Origin: Candidatus Promineifilaceae bacterium
Lineage (GTDB): Bacteria; Chloroflexota; Anaerolineae; Promineifilales; Promineifilaceae
Direction: 5' to 3'
NCBI GenBank assembly: GCA_041570195.1
Contig: JBFFWQ010000018.1
Location: 466 to 64,465, forward strand
Length of the DNA stretch: 64,000 nucleotides
Part shown: positions 25,494 to 35,056 of the stretch, one piece after another
Layout: the number at the start of each line of letters is the position of its first letter
Position numbering within the stretch: position 1 is the stretch's first letter
Notes under the pieces: generated by a model
Database searches by the model: none
The model's input: the letters and a program-made list of their open reading frames with translations, nothing else
What the model was told of the DNA's origin: nothing
Translations under genes and position numbers: made by a program

Positions 25494-27022
25494 AGCGTCT
25501 GATGCTGATTGGGGGGCAACAATATCTCGAAGCGTTTGCGGATTGCGGCGTCAATTTCTGGTAGGATGGGTGCAGGCTCATGGTCATTGAGGATGAGTCG
25601 GGCCTTTCGTCGGGCTTGTTCGCGCATATCCAGGCTGCCGTCCGCTTCCCAATCAGCCCGACGCTGGCGATCGCCCGTATGCGGGTAATAATACTCTGAA
25701 TTCATAAGTTCTAGGCTCTGTTGTGTGCCTAAATAATGCCCTTCTCCGCGGCAAACTTCCTCAATAACGTCAACCGACAGCGTTTCATCGGTAACCTCAA
25801 TTCCACGAACCATACGCATGATCGATCCGTTGATTTCATCGTCGATCACAAACTGTTCGTAAGCAACTGTTAACATCGACTCAAGCATACCGGCCGAATG
25901 ATGAATGTAATTGGCTCCTGCAAGAGCTGCCGACAAGCTGGTCAAGCCTTTTTCATAGCCGGCTTGAATATCCGGGATCTTGGCGTCGCTTAAGCCTGAC
26001 GAATTGTATACCGGCAAATTGTAGTATTGACCTAGCTGGGCCACGGCCGCATGCATGAGAGCGAATTCGGGCGCGCCCCCTGTAAAATTGCCGGTGCGCA
26101 GATCAGAAACAGAGGGAACATAACCCAAAATGACAGGAGTTCCTGGTTTAACCAGCTGGCAGTAAACGAGGCCCGACAGCTCCTCGGCGTTGATTTGAAC
26201 CAGGGAACCCGCCAGGGCGGCCGGGCTGGTGGCTCCTGATTGCGGCGCCGAAGAAAGGAAAACTGGCATCTCCTGGCGAACGATCTCGGTTAAAACTTCC
26301 ACCGTTTCAGGAGCAAAGCGTAAGGGGCTAACGGTCCAACTGGTGACGAAAGAGACGATCGGCTTTCGGCGCAGTTTCTGCTCGCTTCCGGCGATCATTG
26401 CCGCCATTTCCAGAACTTCATGAAGCGAGTCAAGGGTGAAGCAATTGCCGGTCACATGTTTTGTCGTGCTGCTTATTGCCGCGTAGTAGGTATTCAAGTC
26501 CAGACGATTGATGGGGATGTCGCGAGCCACGCACGGCCGCAGGTAAAAATGGACATTATCCAACGCATCGACCAGCCGGCCGATTTGGGCAACATCTTCC
26601 AGGGTCGATTCGCGAACACGGCCGGTTTCCAGATCAAGGACATTGACAGCCGCCCCGCCAGTGCCCATATAAACTCGAACGCCGCCCAAGTTGAGATTAT
26701 GCTTGGGATCGCGGCCATACAAGATGACCTCGTTCCGGGCCGTGGCCAGGCAGTCCTCGACCATGCTGGGTGGAATGTAGACCCGGTTGCTCTCGTCATC
26801 GACCCTGGCTCCAGCCCGGCGGAAGATCTCCCTGCATTCAGAAGGCATCACTTCAATGCCAATTCGCGACAACACTTCCAACGAGGCGTGGTGGATACGG
26901 CGGATATCCTCGGCGCAGAGGGGTTTGAACTGGCCACCCTGAAGTCCGGCCGGTGCAACGTTGGGTTTTTCCTGCGGGCGCCGAGAGCGGCGGCGATGCT
27001 TGACTCGACCAGGCGAACTCAC
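25490..27022 (-). CDS. MttB-family methyltransferase, non-pyrrolysine type (paralog 2)
   Basis: 510-aa uninterrupted ORF with an Arg-rich N-terminus. [36 protein letters not shown]. Confidence 0.9.
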   Translation of the reverse strand: MSSPGRVKHRRRSRRPQEKPNVAPAGLQGGQFKPLCAEDIRRIHHASLEVLSRIGIEVMPSECREIFRRAGARVDDESNRVYIPPSMVEDCLATARNEVILYGRDPKHNLNLGGVRVYMGTGGAAVNVLDLETGRVRESTLEDVAQIGRLVDALDNVHFYLRPCVARDIPINRLDLNTYYAAISSTTKHVTGNCFTLDSLHEVLEMAAMIAGSEQKLRRKPIVSFVTSWTVSPLRFAPETVEVLTEIVRQEMPVFLSSAPQSGATSPAALAGSLVQINAEELSGLVYCQLVKPGTPVILGYVPSVSDLRTGNFTGGAPEFALMHAAVAQLGQYYNLPVYNSSGLSDAKIPDIQAGYEKGLTSLSAALAGANYIHHSAGMLESMLTVAYEQFVIDDEINGSIMRMVRGIEVTDETLSVDVIEEVCRGEGHYLGTQQSLELMNSEYYYPHTGDRQRRADWEADGSLDMREQARRKARLILNDHEPAPILPEIDAAIRKRFEILLPPNQHQTL

Positions 27023-27249
27023 CTGTACAACCTCTGTGAAAGTTGCCGGCGAGTCTGAATAGCTACAAATCGTTGCTTATCCTGTTCCGGCATTTGTCGG
27101 GTGTCCTGCCGAATCAATAGTATGCTTCAAGTACAATGAGATTCTACGGGGCATGCGGGGCAAAAGTCAAGCGTTTGTTGAATTTGCCTTGCACGCTGGG
27201 CACCATGTGTCATAATACGGTTACACAGATATATCCGTGATATATTAGT
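27023..27249. promoter_or_regulatory. divergent intergenic region between MttB paralog 2 and the GntR regulator; candidate operators
   Basis: AT-richer 227 bp. Inverted motif TGTGT-N12-ACACA (27206-27227) and ATATAT-CCGTG-ATATAT (27229-27245). No promoter could be assigned with confidence. Confidence 0.35.
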
Positions 27250-28038
27250 TTGTTTTCGCTGAAGCGGCAAGACTCTAGGATTGGGATTTACCTCAGGTCA
27301 GATCGAAGGAAGCTGAATATCTCAATCGGCCTGACAAACAGGTATGGGCAGCAGAAATTGAAGCAGGTCTCATTAAGCGAGCAAGCGTACGAGTGCATTA
27401 AACAGGAGATAGTCTCCTTAAAGCTTCCTCCTGGTTCGGTCATCAACGAAGCGGGTTTGAAGGAAGAACTGGGGTTTGGTCGTACGCCGATCCGGGAAGC
27501 CTTGAAACGGCTGTCGCTAGAGAGACTGGTTGTCATCGCACCGCGTCGCGGTATCTTTGTGGCAGAAATCGGAATCCGGGACTTGCAGCAACTGTTTGAG
27601 ATGCGCTTGCCGTTGGAAAGTTTGGCTGCTCGACTGGCGGCCGAGCGGGGCGCCGACAGACATTGGGATCGCATGAAAAGCGCATTGAGCGCTCTAGACG
27701 GTACGGCAGACAATAATCAGGCGTTGATAACGATTGACAAAACGTGTCACGAGATCATCTATGATGCGGCCGATAATGAGTTCCTGCGAGATACGCTGGT
27801 GACTCACTACGCCCTAAGCCTGCGACTCTGGTATTACTTCTTATCAAGAATTGGGGATATGCGAGAGGCCTTAAGAGAGCACCAACTCATACTGGAGGCG
27901 TTGCAAGCTAAAGATGGCCATCGAGCTGCCCGGCTGATGGAGCGGCACATTGGAACCTTTCAGGAAGAAATACAATCGGTGATGTTTAGCTCGGCCGTTC
28001 CGACTGGCGCACTTGATCCCGATATAGTCATTACTTGA
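27250..28038 (+). CDS. GntR-family transcriptional regulator (FadR/FCD-type C-terminal domain)
   Basis: wHTH motif LPPGSVINEAGLKEELGFGRTPIREALKRLSLERLV plus a helical FCD-like C-terminus. The start is uncertain: TTG 27250 gives an unusually long N-terminus, and an in-frame TTG at 27358 is possible. Confidence 0.85.
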   Translation: MFSLKRQDSRIGIYLRSDRRKLNISIGLTNRYGQQKLKQVSLSEQAYECIKQEIVSLKLPPGSVINEAGLKEELGFGRTPIREALKRLSLERLVVIAPRRGIFVAEIGIRDLQQLFEMRLPLESLAARLAAERGADRHWDRMKSALSALDGTADNNQALITIDKTCHEIIYDAADNEFLRDTLVTHYALSLRLWYYFLSRIGDMREALREHQLILEALQAKDGHRAARLMERHIGTFQEEIQSVMFSSAVPTGALDPDIVIT

Positions 28039-28059
28039 CGATGGTTAGTTAGAGGTGGT

Positions 28060-29592
28060 GTGATGAGGCAAGAAAGTCGGCGAAGACGGTCGCGCAGGCG
28101 ACGGGGGCGAACCCCAGATGCAGAAGCTGCTTCTGTTGCTGGCGTAGTCCAGCCCTTGCACGACTTGCCGGTCTATGATCTGATAGATCAGGAATCACTT
28201 GAGGTCGTTCACGAGGCTTCACTGCGCATTCTTTCTGAAATAGGGATTGCTTTCTACGACGAAGAAGCGTTGGCCATCCTTAAAAAGTATGGAGCCAAGG
28301 TGGACGAGGCCTCCGTCGTCCGTTTCGATCCCAACCTGGTCGAAGAATACATCGCCAAGGCGCCCAGTGAGTTCACCCAGCTTGCCCGCAACCCAGATAG
28401 GAACGTAATTATCGGCGGTCGACATCTATGTTTTGCTCCTGTTTATGGCCCGCCATATGTCGTCGACCTCGATCGGGGACGGAGAGAATCTACGCTGGCA
28501 GATTTTCGGGATTTCGTCAGGCTGGCCCACACCAGTCCCGTCATCCACCATTCAGGCGGCACCATTGTCGAACCAACGGACGAACCCGTGACGACTCGCC
28601 ACCTCGACATGCTCTTCAGCCTTATCAAGTATGGCGACAAACCTTTCATGGGATCGGTTACCTCGGCAGAAAACGCGGCCGACAGCGTGGCCATGGCCGA
28701 GATCCTCTTTGGCGCCGAACAGATTCGCGAGCAGCCGGCCTTGCTGTCATTGATCAATATCAGCAGCCCCAGGCGCCTTGACGATCGAATGCTAGGGGCA
28801 TTGAAAGTCTATGCGCGTGCCAATCAGGCCACCATTATTACACCCTTTGTGCTCTCTGGGGCCATGGCGCCGGTTTCTGTGGCCGGCACGGTAGCCCAGT
28901 TGAATGCGGAGGCTCTGGCTGGCATCGTATTCGCCCAGATGGTCCGCCCCGGCGCCCCGGTTGTATATGGCTCGTTCCAAACGACCATCGACCTGCAAAG
29001 TGGAGCGCCAGTTTTCGGCGCACCGGAAAGCCAACTTTCGCTTTATCTCAGCGCCCAACTGGCTCGCCGCTATGGTTTACCATTTCGCAGTGGCGGCATG
29101 TTTGCCAGCGCTAAGATCGCCGATATCCAGGCTGGCTATGAATCAATTATGTCTATGTTGCCGGCCATTATGGCCCGGGTCAATTTCGTATTGCATGCCG
29201 CCGGCTGGCTCGAGAGTGGGTTGGCGGCCGGTTATGAGAAGTTTGTCCTCGACTGCGAACTATTGGGCATGTTCCACAAATACCTGCAAGGGTTAGACCT
29301 CTCAGAAGAGGCATTTGCCCTGGACTCGATTCGATCTGTCGAGCCGGGCGGGCATCATTTGGGTACCGAATACACCATGAGTCACTTCCGTACGGCATTC
29401 TACCGGGCCGAGTTATTTGATTACAACTCGGCCGAACAGTGGGAAATTGACGGCGCGCAAGACGGTACCCAACGGGCGAACAAAAAATACAAACAGCTTC
29501 TACGGGAGTATGAAGAGCCGCCGCTAGATCCGGCCGTAGAAGAGGAACTACTTAACTTCATCACTCGTCGGAAAGACGAAATTCCAAACTGA
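28060..29592 (+). CDS. MttB-family methyltransferase, non-pyrrolysine type (paralog 3)
   Basis: 510 aa. N-terminus RRRRSRRRRGR and LHAAGWLESGLAAGYEKFVLD. Groups by eye with paralog 4. Confidence 0.9.
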   Translation: MMRQESRRRRSRRRRGRTPDAEAASVAGVVQPLHDLPVYDLIDQESLEVVHEASLRILSEIGIAFYDEEALAILKKYGAKVDEASVVRFDPNLVEEYIAKAPSEFTQLARNPDRNVIIGGRHLCFAPVYGPPYVVDLDRGRRESTLADFRDFVRLAHTSPVIHHSGGTIVEPTDEPVTTRHLDMLFSLIKYGDKPFMGSVTSAENAADSVAMAEILFGAEQIREQPALLSLINISSPRRLDDRMLGALKVYARANQATIITPFVLSGAMAPVSVAGTVAQLNAEALAGIVFAQMVRPGAPVVYGSFQTTIDLQSGAPVFGAPESQLSLYLSAQLARRYGLPFRSGGMFASAKIADIQAGYESIMSMLPAIMARVNFVLHAAGWLESGLAAGYEKFVLDCELLGMFHKYLQGLDLSEEAFALDSIRSVEPGGHHLGTEYTMSHFRTAFYRAELFDYNSAEQWEIDGAQDGTQRANKKYKQLLREYEEPPLDPAVEEELLNFITRRKDEIPN

Positions 29593-29655
29593 AGTTGCTG
29601 TGCCAGTGATATTTCATTCGGAGAGTAAGATAAGGAGCTATGGGAGGCATACGAA

Positions 29656-32172
29656 GTGAGTGATTTACCTGATCAGACCAAAATAATCGTTATCGGCGCC
29701 GGAATCGTCGGCAATTCTGTCATTTACCATCTGGCCAAACTCGGCTGGCGTGACATCGTCCTGATTGATAAAGGACCGCTGCCAAATCCAGGCGGCTCTA
29801 CCGGTCACGCTTCGAACTTCATTTTCCCGATCGACCATTCGAAGGAGATGACGCTACTAACGCTGGATAGTATGGCCCAATTCAAGGAGATGGGCGTCTA
29901 TACCGAATGCGGCGGCATTGAACTGGCCCGCACCGAGGCCCGGATGGAAGAGTTAAGGCGTCGCATGGCTTCAGCCAAAGCCTGGGGTGTTGAGGCACAC
30001 CTGGTTGACACCAGCCGGGTGAAGGAATTGGTGCCCTTTGTCGATACAGACGTCATTCTAGGCGGATTCTACATACCGTCAGTCGCCGTTGTGGATTCGT
30101 TGAGGGCCGGGACGATCATGCGCGAGCACGCCCAGGAATTAGGCGCATTGAGCGTTTTTCCGAACACCGAGGTGCTGGACGTGAAGGTCAAAGATGGGCG
30201 AGTACGCGGATTAAAAACGAGCCGAGGCGATATCCTTGCTGAATTCGTGGTTATTGCCTGTGGCGTGTGGAGCCCGCGTATTGCTGGCATGGCCGGAGCG
30301 ACTATTCCCTTGACCCCGGCCGTTCACCAGATGATCAGCGTCGGTCCTGTTTCCCTTTTCGAACAAACTTCCAGTGAGATTGAGTACCCTATCGTTCGTG
30401 ATATGGACACTTTCATGTACGAGCGTCAAAATGGAAACGACATGGAAGTTGGATCTTATGCCCACCGACCGATCCTGATGGCGCCCGACGATATCCCGTC
30501 GATCGAGGAATCCCGCCTCTCGCCAACTGAGCTTCCTTTTACACAGGAGGATTTTGAGCCTCAGCTGGAGCAAGCATTAGAGCTTATGCCCGAATTGCTA
30601 GGCGACGAACGAGCAGGCGTCCGTTATGCTATTAACGGCTTGCTGTCATTAACATCTGATGGCATGCCTGTGATCGGTGAAACAGTAGAGGTCAAGAACC
30701 TCTGGTCGGCGGCGGCCATTTGGATCAAAGAGGGCCCGGGATTCGGCCGAGCTATCGCCGAATGGATGACTGAAGGCTCGTCAGAGATCGACATACACGC
30801 TTCAGACGTGGCCCGCTTTTATGACTATTCACGATCCAAGAAACACATCACGGCTCGGACTTCCGAAGGCTTCAATAAGACTTATGGCATCGTCCACCCG
30901 CGAGAGCAGTGGGAGTCCAATCGCCAAGTACGGGTCAGCCCATTCTTCGAACGCGAGCAAGCTCTCGGCGCCGTCTTTTTTGAAACTGTGGGTTGGGAAC
31001 GGCCGCAGTGGTATGAATCAAACAAATCGTTATTGGACGAATACGCCGACCAGGTTCTTGAACGCCCGCATGAATGGGACGCTCGCTGGTGGTCACCCAT
31101 CATTTCCGCGGAGCATTTGGCGATGCGTGATCGAGGAGCCATTGTAGATCTGACCGCTTTTGCCATCTTTGACATCACGGGCCCGGGTGCGCTGGATTAC
31201 ATCCAGAAAATGACCGTAAACCAAATGAACGTTGCCATCGGCCGGGCCGTGTACACGCCACTCTTGAACGCGCATGGCGGTTTTAAGGCCGATCTGACGA
31301 TCATGCGGCGTAGCGCAAATGATTTTCGAATCGTCACCGGTGGCGGTGACGGCGGCCGAGATAAGAAGTGGTTCCTGGACAATCTGCCCGACGACGGCTC
31401 CGTTCACTTCGTCGACATGACATCTGCTTTGTGCACCGTGGGTCTTTGGGGACCCCATGCCCGGGATGTGCTAGCTTCTGTTACTGAAGACGACGTGTCC
31501 CATAGCGGTTTTCCTTTTGCCACGGCGAAAGACATAGCTATCGATGGCATTCCGTGCTGGGCGCTGCGGATCTCCTACGTCGGCGAATTAGGCTGGGAGA
31601 TCTACACGGCAATGGAGCATGGCTTAAAGCTGTGGGATACATTGTGGGCGGCCGGAAGGCAATATGGCATTGTGCCGGCCGGCATCGGCGTATACGGCAC
31701 TTCCGCGCGAATTGAGAAAGGTTACCGCCTCATGAGCGCTGAACTCGACGGTGAATACAATCCGGTGGAGGCTGGTCTTGACCGGCCGAAGGTCAAACGG
31801 GACGACTTCATCGGGCGCCAGGCCTATCTCCAAGCCCGCGACGAAGAGCCGGCGGCGGTTCTATGCACGTTGGCAGTTGACGATCACGCGTCCGCTTCTG
31901 GTCAAGAGCGCTATATGCAAGGGCGTGAACCGATCTTGACGCCAGATGGCGATCCCATTGTGGACCGGAAAGGACGCCGTTCATATGTGACCAGCGCTGG
32001 CACTGGACCGTCCGTAGGTAAACATATTCTCATGGCCTATCTGCCCCCTGACTATGCTCGGGAAGGTACCAAGCTTTCGGTCGAATATATGGCCGAATCA
32101 TACCCGGTGACTGTGGCGGTTGTGGGCAGCAGACCGCTGTTTGATCCGGCCGATGAACGAATGAAGTGCTAA
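29656..32172 (+). CDS. dimethylglycine/sarcosine dehydrogenase-like flavoprotein (DAO domain plus GcvT folate-binding domain)
   Basis: 838 aa with a GTG start and GGGAGG RBS. IIVIGAGIVGNS...GGSTGHASNF (site of covalent-FAD His in this family). C-terminal aminomethyltransferase-like domain. Confidence 0.85.
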   Translation: MSDLPDQTKIIVIGAGIVGNSVIYHLAKLGWRDIVLIDKGPLPNPGGSTGHASNFIFPIDHSKEMTLLTLDSMAQFKEMGVYTECGGIELARTEARMEELRRRMASAKAWGVEAHLVDTSRVKELVPFVDTDVILGGFYIPSVAVVDSLRAGTIMREHAQELGALSVFPNTEVLDVKVKDGRVRGLKTSRGDILAEFVVIACGVWSPRIAGMAGATIPLTPAVHQMISVGPVSLFEQTSSEIEYPIVRDMDTFMYERQNGNDMEVGSYAHRPILMAPDDIPSIEESRLSPTELPFTQEDFEPQLEQALELMPELLGDERAGVRYAINGLLSLTSDGMPVIGETVEVKNLWSAAAIWIKEGPGFGRAIAEWMTEGSSEIDIHASDVARFYDYSRSKKHITARTSEGFNKTYGIVHPREQWESNRQVRVSPFFEREQALGAVFFETVGWERPQWYESNKSLLDEYADQVLERPHEWDARWWSPIISAEHLAMRDRGAIVDLTAFAIFDITGPGALDYIQKMTVNQMNVAIGRAVYTPLLNAHGGFKADLTIMRRSANDFRIVTGGGDGGRDKKWFLDNLPDDGSVHFVDMTSALCTVGLWGPHARDVLASVTEDDVSHSGFPFATAKDIAIDGIPCWALRISYVGELGWEIYTAMEHGLKLWDTLWAAGRQYGIVPAGIGVYGTSARIEKGYRLMSAELDGEYNPVEAGLDRPKVKRDDFIGRQAYLQARDEEPAAVLCTLAVDDHASASGQERYMQGREPILTPDGDPIVDRKGRRSYVTSAGTGPSVGKHILMAYLPPDYAREGTKLSVEYMAESYPVTVAVVGSRPLFDPADERMKC

Positions 32173-32256
32173 TGGAAGCTGGGCAAACGCCCATCGCCCA
32201 GGCACGGAAGACAATCAAATCGACAAGGATTTGCTTTTTTTGCAAGCATAGCGACC

Positions 32257-33021
32257 ATGAATGTAATAACTTGTATCAAACGCGTCCCGGCAACGGGCGC
32301 AAACATCTTCCTTACCGAAGACCAGCAGGAAATTGAGACCCGTAATCTCGGTTTCACTATTAGCCCTCATGAGGAATGCGCTGTTGAAGAGGCCGTCCAA
32401 TTGGTGGAGCGATATGGCGGGTCTTCCGTCGTATTAACTTTGGGACCCGAAGAGGCGGTGGAACAGTTGCGAGATGCCATGGCCTTGGGCATTGACAGGG
32501 CCGTCCTCTTAGAAACTGAGGGCTCTGAGTGGGGACCCCAGGCCACCGCAAGCGCCATCGCGACCGCAATCGGCGACCAGCGTGATCAAGGCCATCATTT
32601 TGACCTGCTGCTCTTCGGCAATGAAGCTGCAGATTCCACTAACTACCAGGTGGGCGTTCGCGTGGCCCATGCCTTGGATCTGCCCTGTGTTACAGGCGTA
32701 AAGGGGCTATCGTTTGAAAACGGCCAGATACTGGCTCGTCGCGAAGCTTCTGGCGGTTGGGAAATCTTCTCGCTGCAATTGCCGGCCGTAGTTACGGTCA
32801 AGGAAGGCATCAACCTGCCGCGCTACCCTTCTTTGCCCGGTCGGTTGAAGGCTAAAAAGAAGCCGATCGATCACGTGGAGCCACTTCCTGGGAGCGATGG
32901 GTTGCAGAAGATCCGCCTGAAGAAGCCGGCCGAACAGGCCAGCAAGGTGGAGATCCTTGGCAAGGGCCCGGAGGCAGCCAAAGAAGTCGTTGGCCTCCTT
33001 AGAGATCTGAGGTTACTGTAA
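32257..33021 (+). CDS. etfB: electron transfer flavoprotein beta subunit
   Basis: 254 aa. MNVITCIKRVP...ISPHEECAVEEAV pattern. Confidence 0.9.
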   Translation: MNVITCIKRVPATGANIFLTEDQQEIETRNLGFTISPHEECAVEEAVQLVERYGGSSVVLTLGPEEAVEQLRDAMALGIDRAVLLETEGSEWGPQATASAIATAIGDQRDQGHHFDLLLFGNEAADSTNYQVGVRVAHALDLPCVTGVKGLSFENGQILARREASGGWEIFSLQLPAVVTVKEGINLPRYPSLPGRLKAKKKPIDHVEPLPGSDGLQKIRLKKPAEQASKVEILGKGPEAAKEVVGLLRDLRLL

Positions 33022-33023
33022 CG

Positions 33024-34010
33024 ATGTTGCTAGCAGTCGTCGATCATGATCTGGGAAACCTGAATAAAGTCTCATTGGAAATGCTCAGCCTGGCCCAGCC
33101 GGTGGCTGATGAGCTTGGCGAACCACTGGAAGCCGTGTTAATCGGCCAAGTGGCTCGGCCGCTTGCCGATCACTTGCCGGCTTATGGCGTGTCGAGAGTC
33201 CATCTCGTGCAACATGCTGGCCTGGAAGATTATGCGCCCGAGGCCTGGGCGGCCTCCATCGTGGAACTTCAGCATACTCTATCGCCCGCGGCCATTGTGG
33301 CTCCGGGAACAGAGCGGGGTAACGAAGTGCTGGCCCATGTGGCGGCGATAATGAACTTACCCATGGCTGCCAACTGCGCGGCCGTCCGCACTGGCGATAC
33401 GTATACCGTGACCAGGCTGCGCTGGGGAGGCAGTCTATTAGAAGAGGCAACTTTGGTCGGCGAACCTAAGCTTTTTAGCGTTGCTGCCCACACCATCGAA
33501 GCCAGCGAGGCTGCCGAAGGTGGCACCCTGGATGTGAATACTTTCGAGCCATCCTTGGAAGACAAGGTGTTTCGAGTGCGATTAGTCGAGCGCGAGGAAG
33601 CGGTAAGCGACAAGATTTCCCTGGCCGAAGCCCGGGTTGTCATAGGCGGTGGCCGTGGCGTAGGTAGCTCTGAAGGCTTTGCGCCGCTGGAGACATTGGC
33701 CGACTTGTTGGGCGGCGCCATCGGCGGATCGCGGGTGGTGACCAACCTGGGCTGGCGCCCGCATGCCGACCAAATCGGCCAGACCGGCACCCGGATCGCA
33801 CCGGACCTCTATATAGCTTGTGGCATCAGCGGGGCTATTCAACACATGGTAGGCTGCATGGGCTCCAAACACATCTTGGCCATTAATACGGATCGCGAGG
33901 CGCCTATCATGGCCAAAGCCGACTACGCCGTGATTGGCGATTTGCACGAGATCCTGCCGGCCTTGGTTGAGGCGATTGGCAACGAGACGGATATTCCCCA
34001 AAGTATATAA
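33024..34010 (+). CDS. etfA: electron transfer flavoprotein alpha subunit
   Basis: 328 aa. C-terminal FAD-binding motif PDLYIACGISGAIQHMVG...ILAINTD. Confidence 0.9.
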   Translation: MLLAVVDHDLGNLNKVSLEMLSLAQPVADELGEPLEAVLIGQVARPLADHLPAYGVSRVHLVQHAGLEDYAPEAWAASIVELQHTLSPAAIVAPGTERGNEVLAHVAAIMNLPMAANCAAVRTGDTYTVTRLRWGGSLLEEATLVGEPKLFSVAAHTIEASEAAEGGTLDVNTFEPSLEDKVFRVRLVEREEAVSDKISLAEARVVIGGGRGVGSSEGFAPLETLADLLGGAIGGSRVVTNLGWRPHADQIGQTGTRIAPDLYIACGISGAIQHMVGCMGSKHILAINTDREAPIMAKADYAVIGDLHEILPALVEAIGNETDIPQSI

Positions 34011-34012
34011 AG

Positions 34013-34519
34013 ATGCCCCAGGTAGAAATACGCGAGGCCCGAAGCGAACATGCGGAGGCCATTTGGTCGATCTTCGAGGCAGTTATCCAAGGCGGCGATA
34101 CCTATGTCTATTCGCCAGATACGCCCCGTTCTGACCTGGACCGGTATTGGCTGGCGGAATATATGCATACCTACGTGGCGGAAATAGAGGATACTATCGT
34201 CGGCACCTATATTCTGAAGGCCAATCACCCCGGCTTTGGTTCACACGTAGCCAATGCGTCGTACATGGTTCACCCAGCCGCGCAAGGCAAGGGTGCGGGT
34301 ACCGCCATGTGCGTCCATTCGCTAGACGAAGCCCGCCGGCTAGGTTTTCTGGCCATGCAGTTTAATCTGGTGGTGAGCACCAACGAAGCAGCCCTACACA
34401 TATGGCGCAAGATGGGCTTCGACATCGTGGGCACGTTGCCGGGCGCCTTTCACCATCAAAGCTTGGGCTACGTTGATGCCTACGTCATGTATCGGTCGCT
34501 GGTTGAGTCCACAACATGA
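34013..34519 (+). CDS. GNAT-family N-acetyltransferase
   Basis: 168 aa. Acetyl-CoA motif QGKGAGTAM...ALHIWRKMGF. Starts 2 nt after the etfA stop. Confidence 0.8.
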   Translation: MPQVEIREARSEHAEAIWSIFEAVIQGGDTYVYSPDTPRSDLDRYWLAEYMHTYVAEIEDTIVGTYILKANHPGFGSHVANASYMVHPAAQGKGAGTAMCVHSLDEARRLGFLAMQFNLVVSTNEAALHIWRKMGFDIVGTLPGAFHHQSLGYVDAYVMYRSLVESTT

Positions 34520-34544
34520 CCTAACGGCGATCGCCGATCTAGGT

Positions 34545-34598
34545 GGAGAACAGTTGCGGTTCTAGGTTCACTACGAAGCCGATCCGCAACTATTCTCC
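34545..34598 (+). repeat. long imperfect inverted repeat (15-nt arms, 14/15 complementary, 24-nt spacer) downstream of the GNAT gene
   Basis: GGAGAACAGTTGCGG ... CCGCAACTATTCTCC read directly. No T-tract follows. It is preceded by the 12-bp palindrome CGGCGATCGCCG (34525-34536). Confidence 0.5.
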
Positions 34599-34703
34599 TG
34601 ATAGCAGGCCACCACATCGGAAGGTCTATACCGTTCTTCGAACTCTGGCTTGCTTAGTGCTCAGCCTTCTTCTTCTGGCTAGCGCTCGAAACAGGTAGAA
34701 TCC

Positions 34704-35021
34704 TTGGCAGAATACCAAATCTTGTATTGGCATGACATTCCACTTCAAGTCCGAGCCGGCAGCAGGCGCAGCCGGGTACGACTTGAACTGGCGCCCCGGT
34801 TTCAGGAAGCTGTTGACCGCGTAGCTATGGCCGCTGGCTTGACGGGCACCGACGAATACCTGGACGGTTTTCGCTGGGGCGAGACGCAGGAACGCGAAGG
34901 TTCAAACGAGGAAGTGGCGGCGGCTGTGGTCTCGGAACTAGAAACGGCGTATCTACAGCTCGATTGGCAGAGGAGTGTCAGGACGATACGTGCCGAACAG
35001 TCTGATCGGGAAAGCAAGTAA
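34704..35021 (+). CDS. small 'virulence factor' family-like protein (function unknown) of corrinoid methyltransferase clusters
   Basis: 105 aa with a TTG start. YQILYWHDIPLQVRA... resembles the small proteins annotated 'virulence factor' next to ASKHA/corrinoid genes (from memory). Confidence 0.5.
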   Translation: MAEYQILYWHDIPLQVRAGSRRSRVRLELAPRFQEAVDRVAMAAGLTGTDEYLDGFRWGETQEREGSNEEVAAAVVSELETAYLQLDWQRSVRTIRAEQSDRESK

Positions 35022-35056
35022 AGTGTACTGTATTGTACCAGGTTCGAGGCCATCAC

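Noticed and set aside
34528-34535. GCGATCGC (the cyanobacterial HIP1 palindrome) as a sign of an iterated repeat family.
   Set aside because: I found only two copies by eye (near 34528 and 25667), roughly the chance expectation for this length and GC content.
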